This document shows positions 43,110 to 53,283 of a DNA stretch of 64,000 nucleotides, piece after piece. The notes under the pieces are model-generated. The model saw nothing but the letters and a program-made list of their open reading frames with translations. It was not told the DNA's origin and ran no database searches. The position numbers were made by a program, and so were the translations under genes. The stretch is from Syntrophorhabdaceae bacterium. GTDB taxonomy: Bacteria; Desulfobacterota; Syntrophorhabdia; Syntrophorhabdales; Syntrophorhabdaceae. The stretch's first letter is position 1, and every line of letters begins with the position of its first letter. The stretch covers positions 3,840,001 to 3,904,000 of the forward strand of contig OY762209.1 in NCBI GenBank assembly GCA_963665295.1, written 5' to 3'.

Positions 43110-44824
43110 CATCTCAGGCGGACCAACTTCTCGAGAAGATCAGCATCCTCGATGTGGTGTCACAGTATGTCAAGCTGAGGAAAGCGGGCAAGGACTACCT
43201 TGGTTTATGTCCGTTTCATAAAGAGAAAACCCCATCATTTACCGTAAGTATTGAAAAGCAAATTTATTATTGCTTTGGGTGCCACGAGGGCGGGAATGCG
43301 GTCAACTTCGTGATGAAGTATGAAAATCTCAGCTTTCATGAGGCTATGGAGAGTCTCGGCGCCCAGTACGGGATCAAAATAGAACGGACAGGGGATTCAA
43401 GAAGGCCGCGCCAGCACGACGCCCTATTGAAACTTGCAGAATACTACCAGGGATGTTTGAAAAACACCTCTATGGCGAGCCAATACCTTTCACGCAGGGG
43501 CATCGGCGCTGATGCGGCAGACGAGTTCATGCTGGGCTATAGTGACCGCCAGAGATACAGCATAAAGGGTTTCCTGAAACGCGCGGGTATCCCGGACGAT
43601 GTGCTTCTCAGCACGGGCATCTTGCGGGTGAAAGACGGAGATATTTACGATATCTTCAGAGGCAGGATTGTAATCCCCATTTTTGACGTGAACAGGAAGG
43701 TTGTCGGCTTCGGCGCAAGGGCCATGGAGAAGGATGCAATTCCAAAGTACATCAACTCACCGGAATCTTCGGTATTTTCAAAACGGTTTTCCCTTTTCGG
43801 CATCGACAAAGCCCGCAAGCACATTACCGAGAAGAACGAAGTCTTTATCGTAGAAGGATACTTCGATCTCATAGCGCTTTACATGAATGGTGTGAAGAAC
43901 GTGGTCTCCACTCTCGGTACGTCCATAACCGAGGGGCAGCTTTCAAAATTGAGGAACTACACGGACAACATCACTCTCATGCTTGACGGTGATGAAGCAG
44001 GAGTGAAAAGCGCACTCCGGCTCATAGAGACCCTGTCGGAGATGGACATCAATGCCCATATGGTTGTCCTTCCCGACGGCCATGACCCCGACAGCTACAT
44101 CAGGAAAGAAGGGGCAGAGGGACTCAAGGCTATTATCGACGGGAAGAAGCCCATATTGGACTACTTTTTTGATTACTATATGGGGAAATGCAAGATGGGC
44201 AGTCTGGAAGGGAAGCTTGCCTTCATCAAGATCGTAATGCCCCACGTGGAGACCATTCGTAACGTGGTGAAAAAGAGGCTGTATATCCAGAGGCTGTCCG
44301 AACTTACGGGAGTTGAGGAACGGCATTTTCTGGACAATATGGATAATGGGAGGACACCGGACAGGGAGGCGGGAAAAAGAAAGAACCCGGCCCATATTAT
44401 AGAAAAGAGGGTAGTGGGAGCTTTGATCAATAACCCCGCCCTGATTCATATGTTTGAGGGAAAGGAGGTGATAAGGTACGTAAACGACGACGGCATTAGC
44501 GAAGTCTTGACGAAGATGTTTCAATGCTTTGAGGAAAGAAAACAGTTGGAGATCAACAGTTTTGTGAACCTGTTTGAAAAAACGGAATTGAAGGATTTCG
44601 TGGTTCAGACTGCTTTTGATATGGCCGAGTGCAATGAGATGGAGTCGAAGAGGATTCTATCGGATTATCTGAAGCATATTGAGATGAAGTGCATCAGAGA
44701 GGAGGCACGTAAAATCACAGAAAAACTGTCGGAAGCGGAGCGAAACGGCAACGATGATGAGGTGATGGAGCTTCTCCAGCAGAAGAGGCAGGTATTGGCA
44801 TTTATAAAATCAAATTTTATATAG
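43106..44824 (+). CDS. dnaG: DNA primase
   Basis: CPFH.EKTPSF...CFGC zinc finger; [14 protein letters not shown] and DGDEAG TOPRIM motifs. Confidence 0.98.
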   Translation: MTSQADQLLEKISILDVVSQYVKLRKAGKDYLGLCPFHKEKTPSFTVSIEKQIYYCFGCHEGGNAVNFVMKYENLSFHEAMESLGAQYGIKIERTGDSRRPRQHDALLKLAEYYQGCLKNTSMASQYLSRRGIGADAADEFMLGYSDRQRYSIKGFLKRAGIPDDVLLSTGILRVKDGDIYDIFRGRIVIPIFDVNRKVVGFGARAMEKDAIPKYINSPESSVFSKRFSLFGIDKARKHITEKNEVFIVEGYFDLIALYMNGVKNVVSTLGTSITEGQLSKLRNYTDNITLMLDGDEAGVKSALRLIETLSEMDINAHMVVLPDGHDPDSYIRKEGAEGLKAIIDGKKPILDYFFDYYMGKCKMGSLEGKLAFIKIVMPHVETIRNVVKKRLYIQRLSELTGVEERHFLDNMDNGRTPDREAGKRKNPAHIIEKRVVGALINNPALIHMFEGKEVIRYVNDDGISEVLTKMFQCFEERKQLEINSFVNLFEKTELKDFVVQTAFDMAECNEMESKRILSDYLKHIEMKCIREEARKITEKLSEAERNGNDDEVMELLQQKRQVLAFIKSNFI

Positions 44825-44834
44825 CGGGGTAACC

Positions 44835-46382
44835 ATGCCTGAAAAAAGCAAAAGTTTTTTTTCTTATGAAGAGCGTTCGAAAAGCACAGACTTCTACAGC
44901 CTACTATCAAACAAAGACAAACCGGAGAGTGTATTCGACGGAATTGAAGTCTTTGACATGGAGACTGCCGATAGCGATCTCGGTCTCATAGCACCGGAAG
45001 AAGATCAGGGTGTTATGGAAGACACCCTTGAAGGAACGTCGGAAAATGATTTTACGAACCCCATCCGCCACTACATAAGGGAAATGGCCGGTATGGCAAT
45101 GCTCGCCAAGGAAGGCGAGAAAGAGATAGCCATCAAAATGGAATGCGCCAAAGAGGAGATCAAACAGATCATCCTTTCCTTTCCCGGGACCGCGAGAGAA
45201 TTGTTGAGCATCCTGCCGGCTCTCAAGGCATCGAAGATGAATATATACGACATTACATTGGAAGTCGATGAAGAGGAGTCCGAATCGGAGACGGAATTTC
45301 ACAGGGAAAGAGTGGTAGCCCTTCTGGAGAAGCTCAGGGATGTGTACGACAGATATCAGGGCAGTCCGGACCATGTGAAGGTTGAACGTTGGAGGGAAAT
45401 TCAGACCATCATTGTCGATATAAACCTCGGTAGGAAGATTATCGAAAGAATTGTCCAGCGGATGAAGAGGTATGTTGACAGAATAGAGGGCCTCGAAGAC
45501 GATCTCGGGAGGTACAGTGAAGGGAACGTGCGTGACAGGGATAAATACGTAACCTTGACGCGAAAGAGGCTCGATGCAGTCCAGACTGACATCGGCATGT
45601 CGGCTGAAGGCTTGAAGAGCTATCTGAGGAGGGTCGCGGAAGCGGAAGACGGCTGCGTGTCGGCCAAGAACGAGCTTGTAAAGGCAAACCTCCGCTTGGT
45701 GGTGAGCATTGCAAAAAGATACATGAACAGGGGACTTTCCCTGCTTGATCTTGTCCAGGAGGGCAACATCGGTTTGATGAAGGCAGTGGACAGATTCGAG
45801 TATAAGAGGGGCTACAAGTTCAGTACCTATGCAACGTGGTGGATAAGGCAGTCGATCACGAGGGCCATCGCCGATCAGGCAAGAACCATACGGATACCGG
45901 TGCACATGATAGAGACCATTAATAAGATAATCCGGGTATCGAGAGGCCTGGTCCAGGAGTTGGGCAGAGAGCCGAAGCCGGACGAAATAGCCGATAGGGT
46001 AGGATTCTCTCTCGACAAGGTTACAAAAGTCCTGAGAATCACCAAGGAGCCCGTGTCGCTGGAAACCCCTATCAGCGATGAGGACGATACCCATCTGTCC
46101 GATTTCATAGAAGACAGGAATACACCGAACCCCCAGGACCATGCGATATGCGGTGACCTTGCGGAACAACTCGAGAAGACTCTTGCCACCCTGACCCCTA
46201 GAGAGGAAAAGGTGGTGAGAATGAGGTTCGGCATCGGTGAGAAATACGATCATACGCTGGAAGAAGTGGGACAGGTTTTTGATGTGACAAGGGAGAGGGT
46301 GAGGCAGATAGAGGCCAAGGCATTAAGGAAACTGAAGCACCATACGAGGTCGAAGCGTCTGAGATATTTTGTCGAGACATAG
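44835..46382 (+). CDS. rpoD: RpoD-family sigma-70 factor with divergent N-terminus
   Basis: [35 protein letters not shown] and TLEEVG...[13 protein letters not shown]; follows dnaG. Confidence 0.93.
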   Translation: MPEKSKSFFSYEERSKSTDFYSLLSNKDKPESVFDGIEVFDMETADSDLGLIAPEEDQGVMEDTLEGTSENDFTNPIRHYIREMAGMAMLAKEGEKEIAIKMECAKEEIKQIILSFPGTARELLSILPALKASKMNIYDITLEVDEEESESETEFHRERVVALLEKLRDVYDRYQGSPDHVKVERWREIQTIIVDINLGRKIIERIVQRMKRYVDRIEGLEDDLGRYSEGNVRDRDKYVTLTRKRLDAVQTDIGMSAEGLKSYLRRVAEAEDGCVSAKNELVKANLRLVVSIAKRYMNRGLSLLDLVQEGNIGLMKAVDRFEYKRGYKFSTYATWWIRQSITRAIADQARTIRIPVHMIETINKIIRVSRGLVQELGREPKPDEIADRVGFSLDKVTKVLRITKEPVSLETPISDEDDTHLSDFIEDRNTPNPQDHAICGDLAEQLEKTLATLTPREEKVVRMRFGIGEKYDHTLEEVGQVFDVTRERVRQIEAKALRKLKHHTRSKRLRYFVET

Positions 46383-46411
46383 GGAGGGCTTGCCTCCCCT
46401 CCTTTTTATTT
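46382..46411 (+). terminator. possible intrinsic terminator after rpoD
   Basis: GGGAGG-GCTTG-CCTCCC followed by CTCCTTTTTATTT. Confidence 0.5.
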
Positions 46412-46449
46412 GACAAAGTCTGACCGTTAAAATATAGTATACGGTATAC
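46410..46449 (+). promoter_or_regulatory. sigma70 promoter of etf/fix operon with overlapping palindrome
   Basis: TTGACA-N17-TATAGT; GTATAC-G-GTATAC at 46437-46449. Confidence 0.6.
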
Positions 46450-46538
46450 AACCATCATCGCCCATGGAAGGGATAATTTTGTGTTGACAGGACCTCAAAA
46501 ATGTTTTTAAAAAAAGGGCGAGCGAGGAGGTTATAAAC

Positions 46539-47312
46539 GTGAACATTCTGGTATTCATAAAGCAGGTAGCCGATACGGAGGCAAGGATCGTAATCTCGGG
46601 AGACAAAAAGTCCCTTGAGATAGAAAACAAGTACACCATGAACTTCTTCGATGAGTTTGCCGTGGAAGAGGCCATACGGATAAAGGAGAAGATAAAGGAG
46701 TCCCGGGTGACGGTATGCGCCCTGGGCGCCCATAAAGCGATAGAGGCCTTGAGGACCGCCATAGCCATGGGAGCGGACCAGGCCTTTCTTCTCGACAATG
46801 CCGGTCACCCCGACATGGACCCCCTGGCAACGGCAGAGATACTTGCCGCCTTTGCGAAGAAGGAGGGTTTCGATCTCATACTCTGCGGCAGGCAGGCTAT
46901 CGACGATGAAAACGCGGTCATAGGCCCCATGAGCGCCGAGCTTTTAGGCATCCCCCACGTGAGCGCGGTGACGAAGCTCGATATCGTGGACCGCAAGGCC
47001 CTCGTGGAACACGACGCCGAAGGCGGCAGGGAATCGATGGAGGTTACGCTCCCCGCCCTTCTTACCACCCAGAAAGGGCTCAATGAACCGAGGGTCCCCC
47101 TCATTACAGGTGTCATGAAGGCCATGAAGGCCCAGATCCCCGCAATAGACCCCAGGACCCTGGGCATAGAAGAAACCGACTCCCCCCTCTACGTCCTCTC
47201 CTACGATCACCCTCCCAAAAGACCACCCGTAAAGATCATGGAAGGGGAGACCACGGAGGAGAAGGTAAAGACCCTCATAGGCCTTCTCAAAGACGAAGCG
47301 CGGGTACTCTAA
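46539..47312 (+). CDS. etfB: electron transfer flavoprotein beta subunit (EtfB/FixA)
   Basis: IKQVADT, MNFFDEFAVEEA, MGAD, CGRQAIDDE and LNEPR motifs. Confidence 0.95.
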   Translation: MNILVFIKQVADTEARIVISGDKKSLEIENKYTMNFFDEFAVEEAIRIKEKIKESRVTVCALGAHKAIEALRTAIAMGADQAFLLDNAGHPDMDPLATAEILAAFAKKEGFDLILCGRQAIDDENAVIGPMSAELLGIPHVSAVTKLDIVDRKALVEHDAEGGRESMEVTLPALLTTQKGLNEPRVPLITGVMKAMKAQIPAIDPRTLGIEETDSPLYVLSYDHPPKRPPVKIMEGETTEEKVKTLIGLLKDEARVL

Positions 47313-47322
47313 AGGTGAGACA

Positions 47323-48279
47323 ATGAAAGATATAGGTGTGTTCGTAGAAGTGAAGGACGGAGGCGTGCGCAAGGTCGCCCTCGAACTCCTTACAAAAGCA
47401 AATGAGATGGGATCGACCGTGGCCATCGCCCTGGGCCACGGGATGAAGGAGATCGCGGAAGAACTCAAGCCCTATGCGGACAAGGTTATTATCGTCGATA
47501 ACCCCGATCTTAAGGACTACCGGTGGGATACCTACACGGATGTCCTTCACCGGGTCATCACGAAATATGCCCCTGCCATGGTATTCGGCCCTTCCACCAC
47601 CACGGGCAAAGACCTCTTCCCGAGACTCGCCGCCCGGCTCAAGGCCCCCATCATCGCCGATGCGGTGGGCATCGCGTACGAAGGAGAAGACATAAAGGTG
47701 AAAAAGCCCCTCTTCGGGGGAAGGATCATATCGTGGATAGGGGTGAAAGGCGTTCCCCTCGTCACCTTCCGGCCAAACTCCTTCTCCATCGAAAAACGGG
47801 ATACCTCCGGTGAGGTCATAGAAGAGGACCTTTCCGTGGAAAAGGACTCGTCCCTCACCATTACCGCCTCCCATAAAGACACCGCCAAAAAGGTGGACCT
47901 CCAGGAGGCCGATTTCATCATCTGCGGCGGCAGAGGCATGAAGGGCCCCGAGCACTTCACCCTCCTCGAGGATATCGCCTCCTTCATGAACGGCAGGGTA
48001 GGCGCCTCCCGCGCGGTGGTGGACAACAAGTGGCGGGAGTACGACGATCAGATCGGGAAGAGCGGCAGGACCGTCTCCCCCAAGATCTACATAGGCTGCG
48101 GTGTCTCGGGCGCCCTCCACCATACTATGGGCATGGACACGTCGAAGACCATAATCGCCATAAACAAGGACCCCACAGCCCCCATATTCGAAACCGCCGA
48201 CTACGGCATCGTGGACGATCTCTTTACCGTACTCCCCCTCCTGAAAGAGGAACTGAAAAAAGCGAAGGAAGATGGATAA
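47323..48279 (+). CDS. etfA: electron transfer flavoprotein alpha subunit (EtfA/FixB)
   Basis: GGRG, VGASRAVVD, QIGKSG, GVSGALHH and AINKDPTAPIF motifs. Confidence 0.95.
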   Translation: MKDIGVFVEVKDGGVRKVALELLTKANEMGSTVAIALGHGMKEIAEELKPYADKVIIVDNPDLKDYRWDTYTDVLHRVITKYAPAMVFGPSTTTGKDLFPRLAARLKAPIIADAVGIAYEGEDIKVKKPLFGGRIISWIGVKGVPLVTFRPNSFSIEKRDTSGEVIEEDLSVEKDSSLTITASHKDTAKKVDLQEADFIICGGRGMKGPEHFTLLEDIASFMNGRVGASRAVVDNKWREYDDQIGKSGRTVSPKIYIGCGVSGALHHTMGMDTSKTIIAINKDPTAPIFETADYGIVDDLFTVLPLLKEELKKAKEDG

Positions 48280-49540
48280 GATCGATGCGGTAATCGTGGG
48301 AGGAGGGCTCTCGGGCCTCTCCCTCGCCTATAAGCTTGCGGAAAAGGATATGCAGGTCATCGTCCTCGAAAGGGGCGATTTCCCCGGGAGCAAGAACGTG
48401 ACCGGGGGCAGGCTCTACCTCATGCCTGCAAAGGACCTCATGGGGGACATGCTCGAAGGGGCTCCCTTCGAGAGAAAGGTGGTCCGTGAAAGGTGGAGCC
48501 TCTTCGGCGAATCCAACTCCCTCTCCGTGGACCTCACTTCGGAACGCTTCCGGGAAGACCACAGCTTCACCGTACTCCGCGCCACCCTCGACAGATGGCT
48601 CTCTGAAAAGCTCATGGAGAAGGGGGTGTTCGTCATCCCCAAGTACAGGGTAGACGACCTCCTCTTCGAGGATAACAAGATTACCGGGGTAAGGATAGGC
48701 TCGGAGGAGATATACGCCCACGTGACGGTGGCCGCCGACGGCGTCCTCTCCTTCATGGCGGAGAAGGCGGGCCTCAAGCAGAAGTCCCTCCCTAGGAACT
48801 ACGCGGTAGGCATCAAAGAGGTGATAGAGCTTCCCGAGGAGAAGATCAACGATCGGTTCAACGTCGAACCCGGTGAGGGTTCGGCCCATCTCTTCCTGGG
48901 AGAGGTGACTCAGGGCATGTTCGGGGGCGGTTTTCTCTATACCAACAAAAAGAGCATAAGCCTCGGCCTCGTAGTGGGCATCGAGGCCCTCCTCTCGCGC
49001 AGGATAGAGGTCCATACCCTGATGGACGCCTTCAAGGAGAGAAGTGAGATAAGGCCCCTCGTGAAGGACGGGACCCTTGCGGAATACTCGGCCCACGTGA
49101 TCCCCGAAGCAGGCTACTCAGGCATGGCAAAACTTGCAACCCACGGGATGCTCGTTACAGGGGACGCAGCGGGTTTTGCCCTCAATATGGGGGTAACGGT
49201 CCGGGGCATGGAGTTCGCCATAGCCTCGGGCATCCTCGCGGCGGAGACCATCATCCGCGCGAAGGAGTCGAAGGACTATTCTGCCGAATCCCTCTCCTTC
49301 TATGAAAAAAGGTTGAAAGAGACCTTTGTGGTAAAGGACCTCTATTCTTCCAGGAAGGTACCTTCCTTCCTGGAAAACGACGCCTTCTTCTCCTATTACC
49401 CGAAGACCTTCCCCGAGCTCCTGGAGAAGATCATGTGGTTCGGCAAGGGTCCTAAGGACCCCCTCTGGAAGACCCTTAAATCTTCAGGCCTCTTCAGTCT
49501 GAAAAGGCTCAAAGACTTCTACAGGATAAAGGACATATGA
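48272..49540 (+). CDS. fixC: FixC-type FAD-dependent oxidoreductase
   Basis: GGGLSG, ERGDFPGSKNVTGG, GGGFLYTN, EYSAHVIPE and GDAAG motifs. Confidence 0.92.
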   Translation: MDKIDAVIVGGGLSGLSLAYKLAEKDMQVIVLERGDFPGSKNVTGGRLYLMPAKDLMGDMLEGAPFERKVVRERWSLFGESNSLSVDLTSERFREDHSFTVLRATLDRWLSEKLMEKGVFVIPKYRVDDLLFEDNKITGVRIGSEEIYAHVTVAADGVLSFMAEKAGLKQKSLPRNYAVGIKEVIELPEEKINDRFNVEPGEGSAHLFLGEVTQGMFGGGFLYTNKKSISLGLVVGIEALLSRRIEVHTLMDAFKERSEIRPLVKDGTLAEYSAHVIPEAGYSGMAKLATHGMLVTGDAAGFALNMGVTVRGMEFAIASGILAAETIIRAKESKDYSAESLSFYEKRLKETFVVKDLYSSRKVPSFLENDAFFSYYPKTFPELLEKIMWFGKGPKDPLWKTLKSSGLFSLKRLKDFYRIKDI

Positions 49541-49815
49541 AGATCGAAGAAAAACTGGCCCTCGACGCCTTCAGGACCGGCAAGGAGAGCCACATAAAGA
49601 TCAACCATCCCATCTGCCGCACCAGATGCACGCTCCGTCCCTGCCTCTTTGTCTGTCCCGCCCACCTTTACTCCTACAACGAGGAGACGGATGAGATGGT
49701 GGTGGAATACGCAGGCTGCCTCGAATGCGGCACCTGCCGGATCGCCTGCGTGGAAGGGGCCCTGGACTGGAGCTATCCTGGCCCGGGAGAGGGCGTCCAG
49801 TACCGCTTCGGCTGA
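49537..49815 (+). CDS. fixX: FixX ferredoxin-like protein
   Basis: CPAHLY, GCLECGTCRIAC and WSYP..G.GVQYRFG motifs. Confidence 0.93.
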   Translation: MKIEEKLALDAFRTGKESHIKINHPICRTRCTLRPCLFVCPAHLYSYNEETDEMVVEYAGCLECGTCRIACVEGALDWSYPGPGEGVQYRFG

Positions 49816-49940
49816 TATGGGGCGGTCTTCTTCCGCAGTTCTTCGTTGCCTGCGCGGGATGTGTCCTCGACGTACTTCCCGTACGCCTGCGGGACATCCC
49901 ACTTGTCGCCTCTATCTGCAAAAGAATACCGCCCCATATC
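49814..49940. repeat. 127-bp nested imperfect palindrome (REP/MITE-like element)
   Basis: Terminal arms GATATGGGGCGGTCTTCTTCCGCAG and CTGCAAAAGAATACCGCCCCATATC are 22/25 complementary; inner pair GGGATGT/ACATCCC; core CGTAC-TTCCC-GTACG. Confidence 0.75.
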
Positions 49941-50024
49941 GGACGGTGTCCTGGGGTGAGATTCCTTAAGAACTGCCTCCGTATCTTCCCGCAGACTTCC
50001 GCTTGTTGCCTGGGCCCTGGGCTA

Positions 50025-50058
50025 CAATACCCCCTCATGCATGCATGAGGGGGTATTG
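50025..50058. terminator. perfect 34-bp palindrome between convergent fixX and HU genes, probably a bidirectional terminator
   Basis: CAATACCCCCTCATGCATGCATGAGGGGGTATTG is its own reverse complement. Confidence 0.65.
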
Positions 50059-50085
50059 AGAAGAATGACTTATTAAGATGGATAT

Positions 50086-50355
50086 CTATATCGAATCTTT
50101 GAATGATTTCCCTGCGGTGAATTTTGGCACCTTGCGGGCAGGGATCTTTATTTCTTTACCGGTTCGCGGATTGCGGCCTTTCCGCTCCTTCCGTTTCGTG
50201 ACGGAGAATGAGCCGAATCCTACAAGGGTCACCCTGTCCTCCTGTTTCAAGGCCACTTTAACGCCGTCAAAAAAGGCATCGAGAGCTCTCGTCGCAGCAG
50301 CCTTGGAGATACTGGCGTCTCCCGCCATCTTGCCAATAAGTTCTGCTTTCGTCAT
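50086..50355 (-). CDS. hup: HU family DNA-binding protein
   Basis: MTKAELI, VTLVGFGSF, RKGRNPRTG and PKFTAGK motifs; start at 50355. Confidence 0.96.
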   Translation of the reverse strand: MTKAELIGKMAGDASISKAAATRALDAFFDGVKVALKQEDRVTLVGFGSFSVTKRKERKGRNPRTGKEIKIPARKVPKFTAGKSFKDSI

Positions 50356-50653
50356 ACGTAGGTCCCTCCCTTGGATTTGAAATATGGCAGTTTCAGGAAC
50401 AACTACCCCTTCAAATACGTTATAAACCTTGTAACGAGGAATATTCAATATGTTTTTGAAACTTTCTTCATTATTTTCAAGGTCCCCGAAGCCCGGCTCC
50501 GGTCGCGACGGACATAAGGTCCCGGGGGTTTCTGTTTTTGTGCGCACCGAGGGCCGAGCGGTTTGTCGCGCTGAGATTTTTCTTTTAATTTTTATTGTTT
50601 AGCTATAGAATGTTCACGGTATTGTATCTTTAGATGAAGTGGGAGGAGGAAAA

Positions 50654-52003
50654 GTGGAAGGATCGGATGTAACGAAGGAACAATTAATAGACAAAGCAAA
50701 AAAGCCCGCCCGGGATGCACTGAAAATGCATCCTTTCTATAAAGGAAAGATAGAGATTGTACCGAAGTGTGTTATACGGGACATAGGTGATTTTGCGATC
50801 TGGTATACACCGGGAGTCGCGGCGCCATGCATGGAGATCAACGATGACCCGGATAAGGCGTTTCAGTATACAAACAGGGCGAACATGGTGGGAATCGTAT
50901 CCGACGGAACGAGGGTCCTCGGGCTGGGCGATATCGGACCCCTTGGGGCCCTGCCTGTTATGGAAGGCAAAGCATTACTCTTCAAGTATCTTGGGGGCGT
51001 GGATGCCTTCCCCATTTGTCTTGACACCAAAGACCCGGATGATCTGATCAAGACCGTGAAATTCCTGACCCCCTCCTTCGGGGGCATTAACCTTGAGGAC
51101 ATCGAAAGCCCGAAATGCTTTTATATCCTCGATAGACTCAGGAAGGAGTCTACGATACCTGTGTGGCACGACGACCAACAGGGAACCGCGGCTGTCACCC
51201 TTGCCGGCCTCATTAATGCGCTTAAAATCGTGGAGAAGAAGATCCAGGATGCGAAGATCACCATGATCGGCGTGGGAGCGGCCAACGTCTGCATTACCAA
51301 AATGATCATCAAAGCCGGTGCGGACCCGAAGAAGTTCATTGTAGTCGACAGCAAGGGCATACTGAGCAGGAAAAGGGACGATATAAAGCCCACCCATAAG
51401 GAAAAGATGGAATTCTGCCGGATTACGAACGGTGAAAACAGGGACGGCGGTATCGAAGAGGCTATGAAGGGACAGGATGTGGTTATTGCCCTTTCCAAGC
51501 CTGGTCCCGATGTCATAAAGAAGGAATGGATATCGGGAATGGCGGATAATGCCATAGTTTTTGTGTGCGCAAACCCGATCCCCGAAATATGGCCCTGGGA
51601 GGCAAAAGAAGCAGGCGCGAGGGTAGTCGCCACGGGCCGGAGTGACTTCCCGAACCAGGTGAATAACTCCGTAGGCTTTCCTGCCATCTTCAGGGGGACC
51701 CTGGATGTAATGGCAAGGACGATTACGGACGAAATGTGTATCGCCGCGGCGTATGAGCTGGCAAAGTGTGCAGAAGACAAAGGTCTCCATGAGGATCACC
51801 TGCTTCCCACGATGGATGAGTGGGAGGTATTCCCCAGAGAGGCCGTCGCAGTTGCGAAAATGGCCATGGAGCAGGGGGTGGCCCGTCTGCGCCTGACTGA
51901 AAAGGAACTCTTTCAGATGGCCGAGAGCAAGATAAGAAGAGCCCGTGATGAGGTTTCCTTGCTCATGGAGAAGGGCATCATTGCCCCTTACGAAGAGACT
52001 TAG
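50654..52003 (+). CDS. NAD(P)-dependent malic enzyme
   Basis: YTPGVA, SDGTRVLGLGDIG, EGKA, INLEDI, HDDQQGTA, ANPIPE and TGRSDFPNQVNN motifs; GTG start after GGAGGAGG. Confidence 0.95.
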   Translation: MEGSDVTKEQLIDKAKKPARDALKMHPFYKGKIEIVPKCVIRDIGDFAIWYTPGVAAPCMEINDDPDKAFQYTNRANMVGIVSDGTRVLGLGDIGPLGALPVMEGKALLFKYLGGVDAFPICLDTKDPDDLIKTVKFLTPSFGGINLEDIESPKCFYILDRLRKESTIPVWHDDQQGTAAVTLAGLINALKIVEKKIQDAKITMIGVGAANVCITKMIIKAGADPKKFIVVDSKGILSRKRDDIKPTHKEKMEFCRITNGENRDGGIEEAMKGQDVVIALSKPGPDVIKKEWISGMADNAIVFVCANPIPEIWPWEAKEAGARVVATGRSDFPNQVNNSVGFPAIFRGTLDVMARTITDEMCIAAAYELAKCAEDKGLHEDHLLPTMDEWEVFPREAVAVAKMAMEQGVARLRLTEKELFQMAESKIRRARDEVSLLMEKGIIAPYEET

Positions 52004-52183
52004 CGGGAAAACAGGTTCTCAACATTCAGCGCAATACCCACAGCACAGGGCTCAAGAGACTACATTGTGACAGATATGCCTCTATTCGTAATTGACTATA
52101 TTTACGGCAACGATGTATATCAAACCGGCATAAAGGGTTACAAAAAATAAAGGCGTCACGTCCGAAAAAAACAAGGGGTTAAT

Positions 52184-53275
52184 ATGGGAGAAATCCGTGT
52201 CGGCATCGTAGGTGTGGGTAACTGTGCAAGTTCACTTGTCCAGGGCCTAAGCTATTATTCGAGAAAGGGAAATGACGCGATAGGGTTAATGCACTACGAG
52301 ATATGTGGATACAAACCGAAGGATATAAGGGTGGTTGCTGCATTTGATATAGACGAAAGGAAGGTGGGCAAACCGCTTGCCGAGGCCATATTCGCGCGGC
52401 CCAATTGCACCAAGGTCATCGAGAAAGACCTCCTGCCGTCGGACGTCGTTGTCTCCATGGGCCAGGTACTGGACGGAGTGTCGCCTCATATGAAGAATTA
52501 CCCCGATGACAGGACATTCCTTGTGTCCTCTCGGCAACCTGATGACGTGGTGAAGATACTCAAGGAGCAGCAGGTCGAGATATTGATAAATTATCTTCCC
52601 GTGGGATCGGAAGAAGCGACCCGGTTCTATGCCCGGTGTTGCCTTGAAAGCGGGGTCAGCCTTATTAACTGCATCCCGGTCTTTATCGGTTCCGACGACG
52701 CGTGGGCCGAACGGTTTCGGGAGAAGGGCATTCCCGTGGTAGGGGACGACGTAAAATCTCAGATAGGGGCAACCATCATTCACAGAACCCTGGCGAAGCT
52801 ATTTGAAGACCGGGGCGTCGCGATCGACCGGACTTACCAGTTGAACACAGGCGGAAATACGGATTTTCTCAATATGCTTAACCGGGAAAGGCTTGCGTCC
52901 AAGAAGATATCAAAAACAGAGGCAGTTCAATCGGCCCTCGATAGCCCGATGCTGCCGGATAATATCCATATCGGACCTTCAGACTATGTCCCGTGGCAAC
53001 AGGACAATAAGGTGTGCTTTATGAGGATTGAGGGAAGGATATTCGGTGATATCCCCATCAATCTGGAGATGAGGCTGTCGGTGGAAGATTCGCCGAATAG
53101 CGCGGGCTCCATGGTGGACGCCATCAGGTGTTGCAAAGTGGCAAGGGACCGGGGCGTAGGAGGAGTACTTCAATCCATCTCAGCCTATACGATGAAACAC
53201 CCCATAAAGCAGTTTCCCGACGAAGCCGCGAGAGAGATGGTTGAAGAATTCATCAGGGGAGAAAGGGAACGATAG
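52184..53275 (+). CDS. ino1: myo-inositol-1-phosphate synthase
   Basis: GVGNCASSLVQG, YLPVGS, GDDVKSQIGAT, QLNTGGNTDFLNM, KKISKT and DSPNSAG motifs. Confidence 0.95.
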   Translation: MGEIRVGIVGVGNCASSLVQGLSYYSRKGNDAIGLMHYEICGYKPKDIRVVAAFDIDERKVGKPLAEAIFARPNCTKVIEKDLLPSDVVVSMGQVLDGVSPHMKNYPDDRTFLVSSRQPDDVVKILKEQQVEILINYLPVGSEEATRFYARCCLESGVSLINCIPVFIGSDDAWAERFREKGIPVVGDDVKSQIGATIIHRTLAKLFEDRGVAIDRTYQLNTGGNTDFLNMLNRERLASKKISKTEAVQSALDSPMLPDNIHIGPSDYVPWQQDNKVCFMRIEGRIFGDIPINLEMRLSVEDSPNSAGSMVDAIRCCKVARDRGVGGVLQSISAYTMKHPIKQFPDEAAREMVEEFIRGERER

Positions 53276-53283
53276 GAATCTAA

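Noticed and set aside
44907..46253. 448-aa antisense ORF to rpoD, and similar long antisense ORFs over gcdA, hdrA, mutS2 and fixC
   Set aside because: Typical antisense shadows from codon bias, with no recognisable motifs.
46383..46538. tRNA gene often found after rpoD
   Set aside because: No cloverleaf, T-loop GTTCGA or CCA end seen here or in other intergenic regions.
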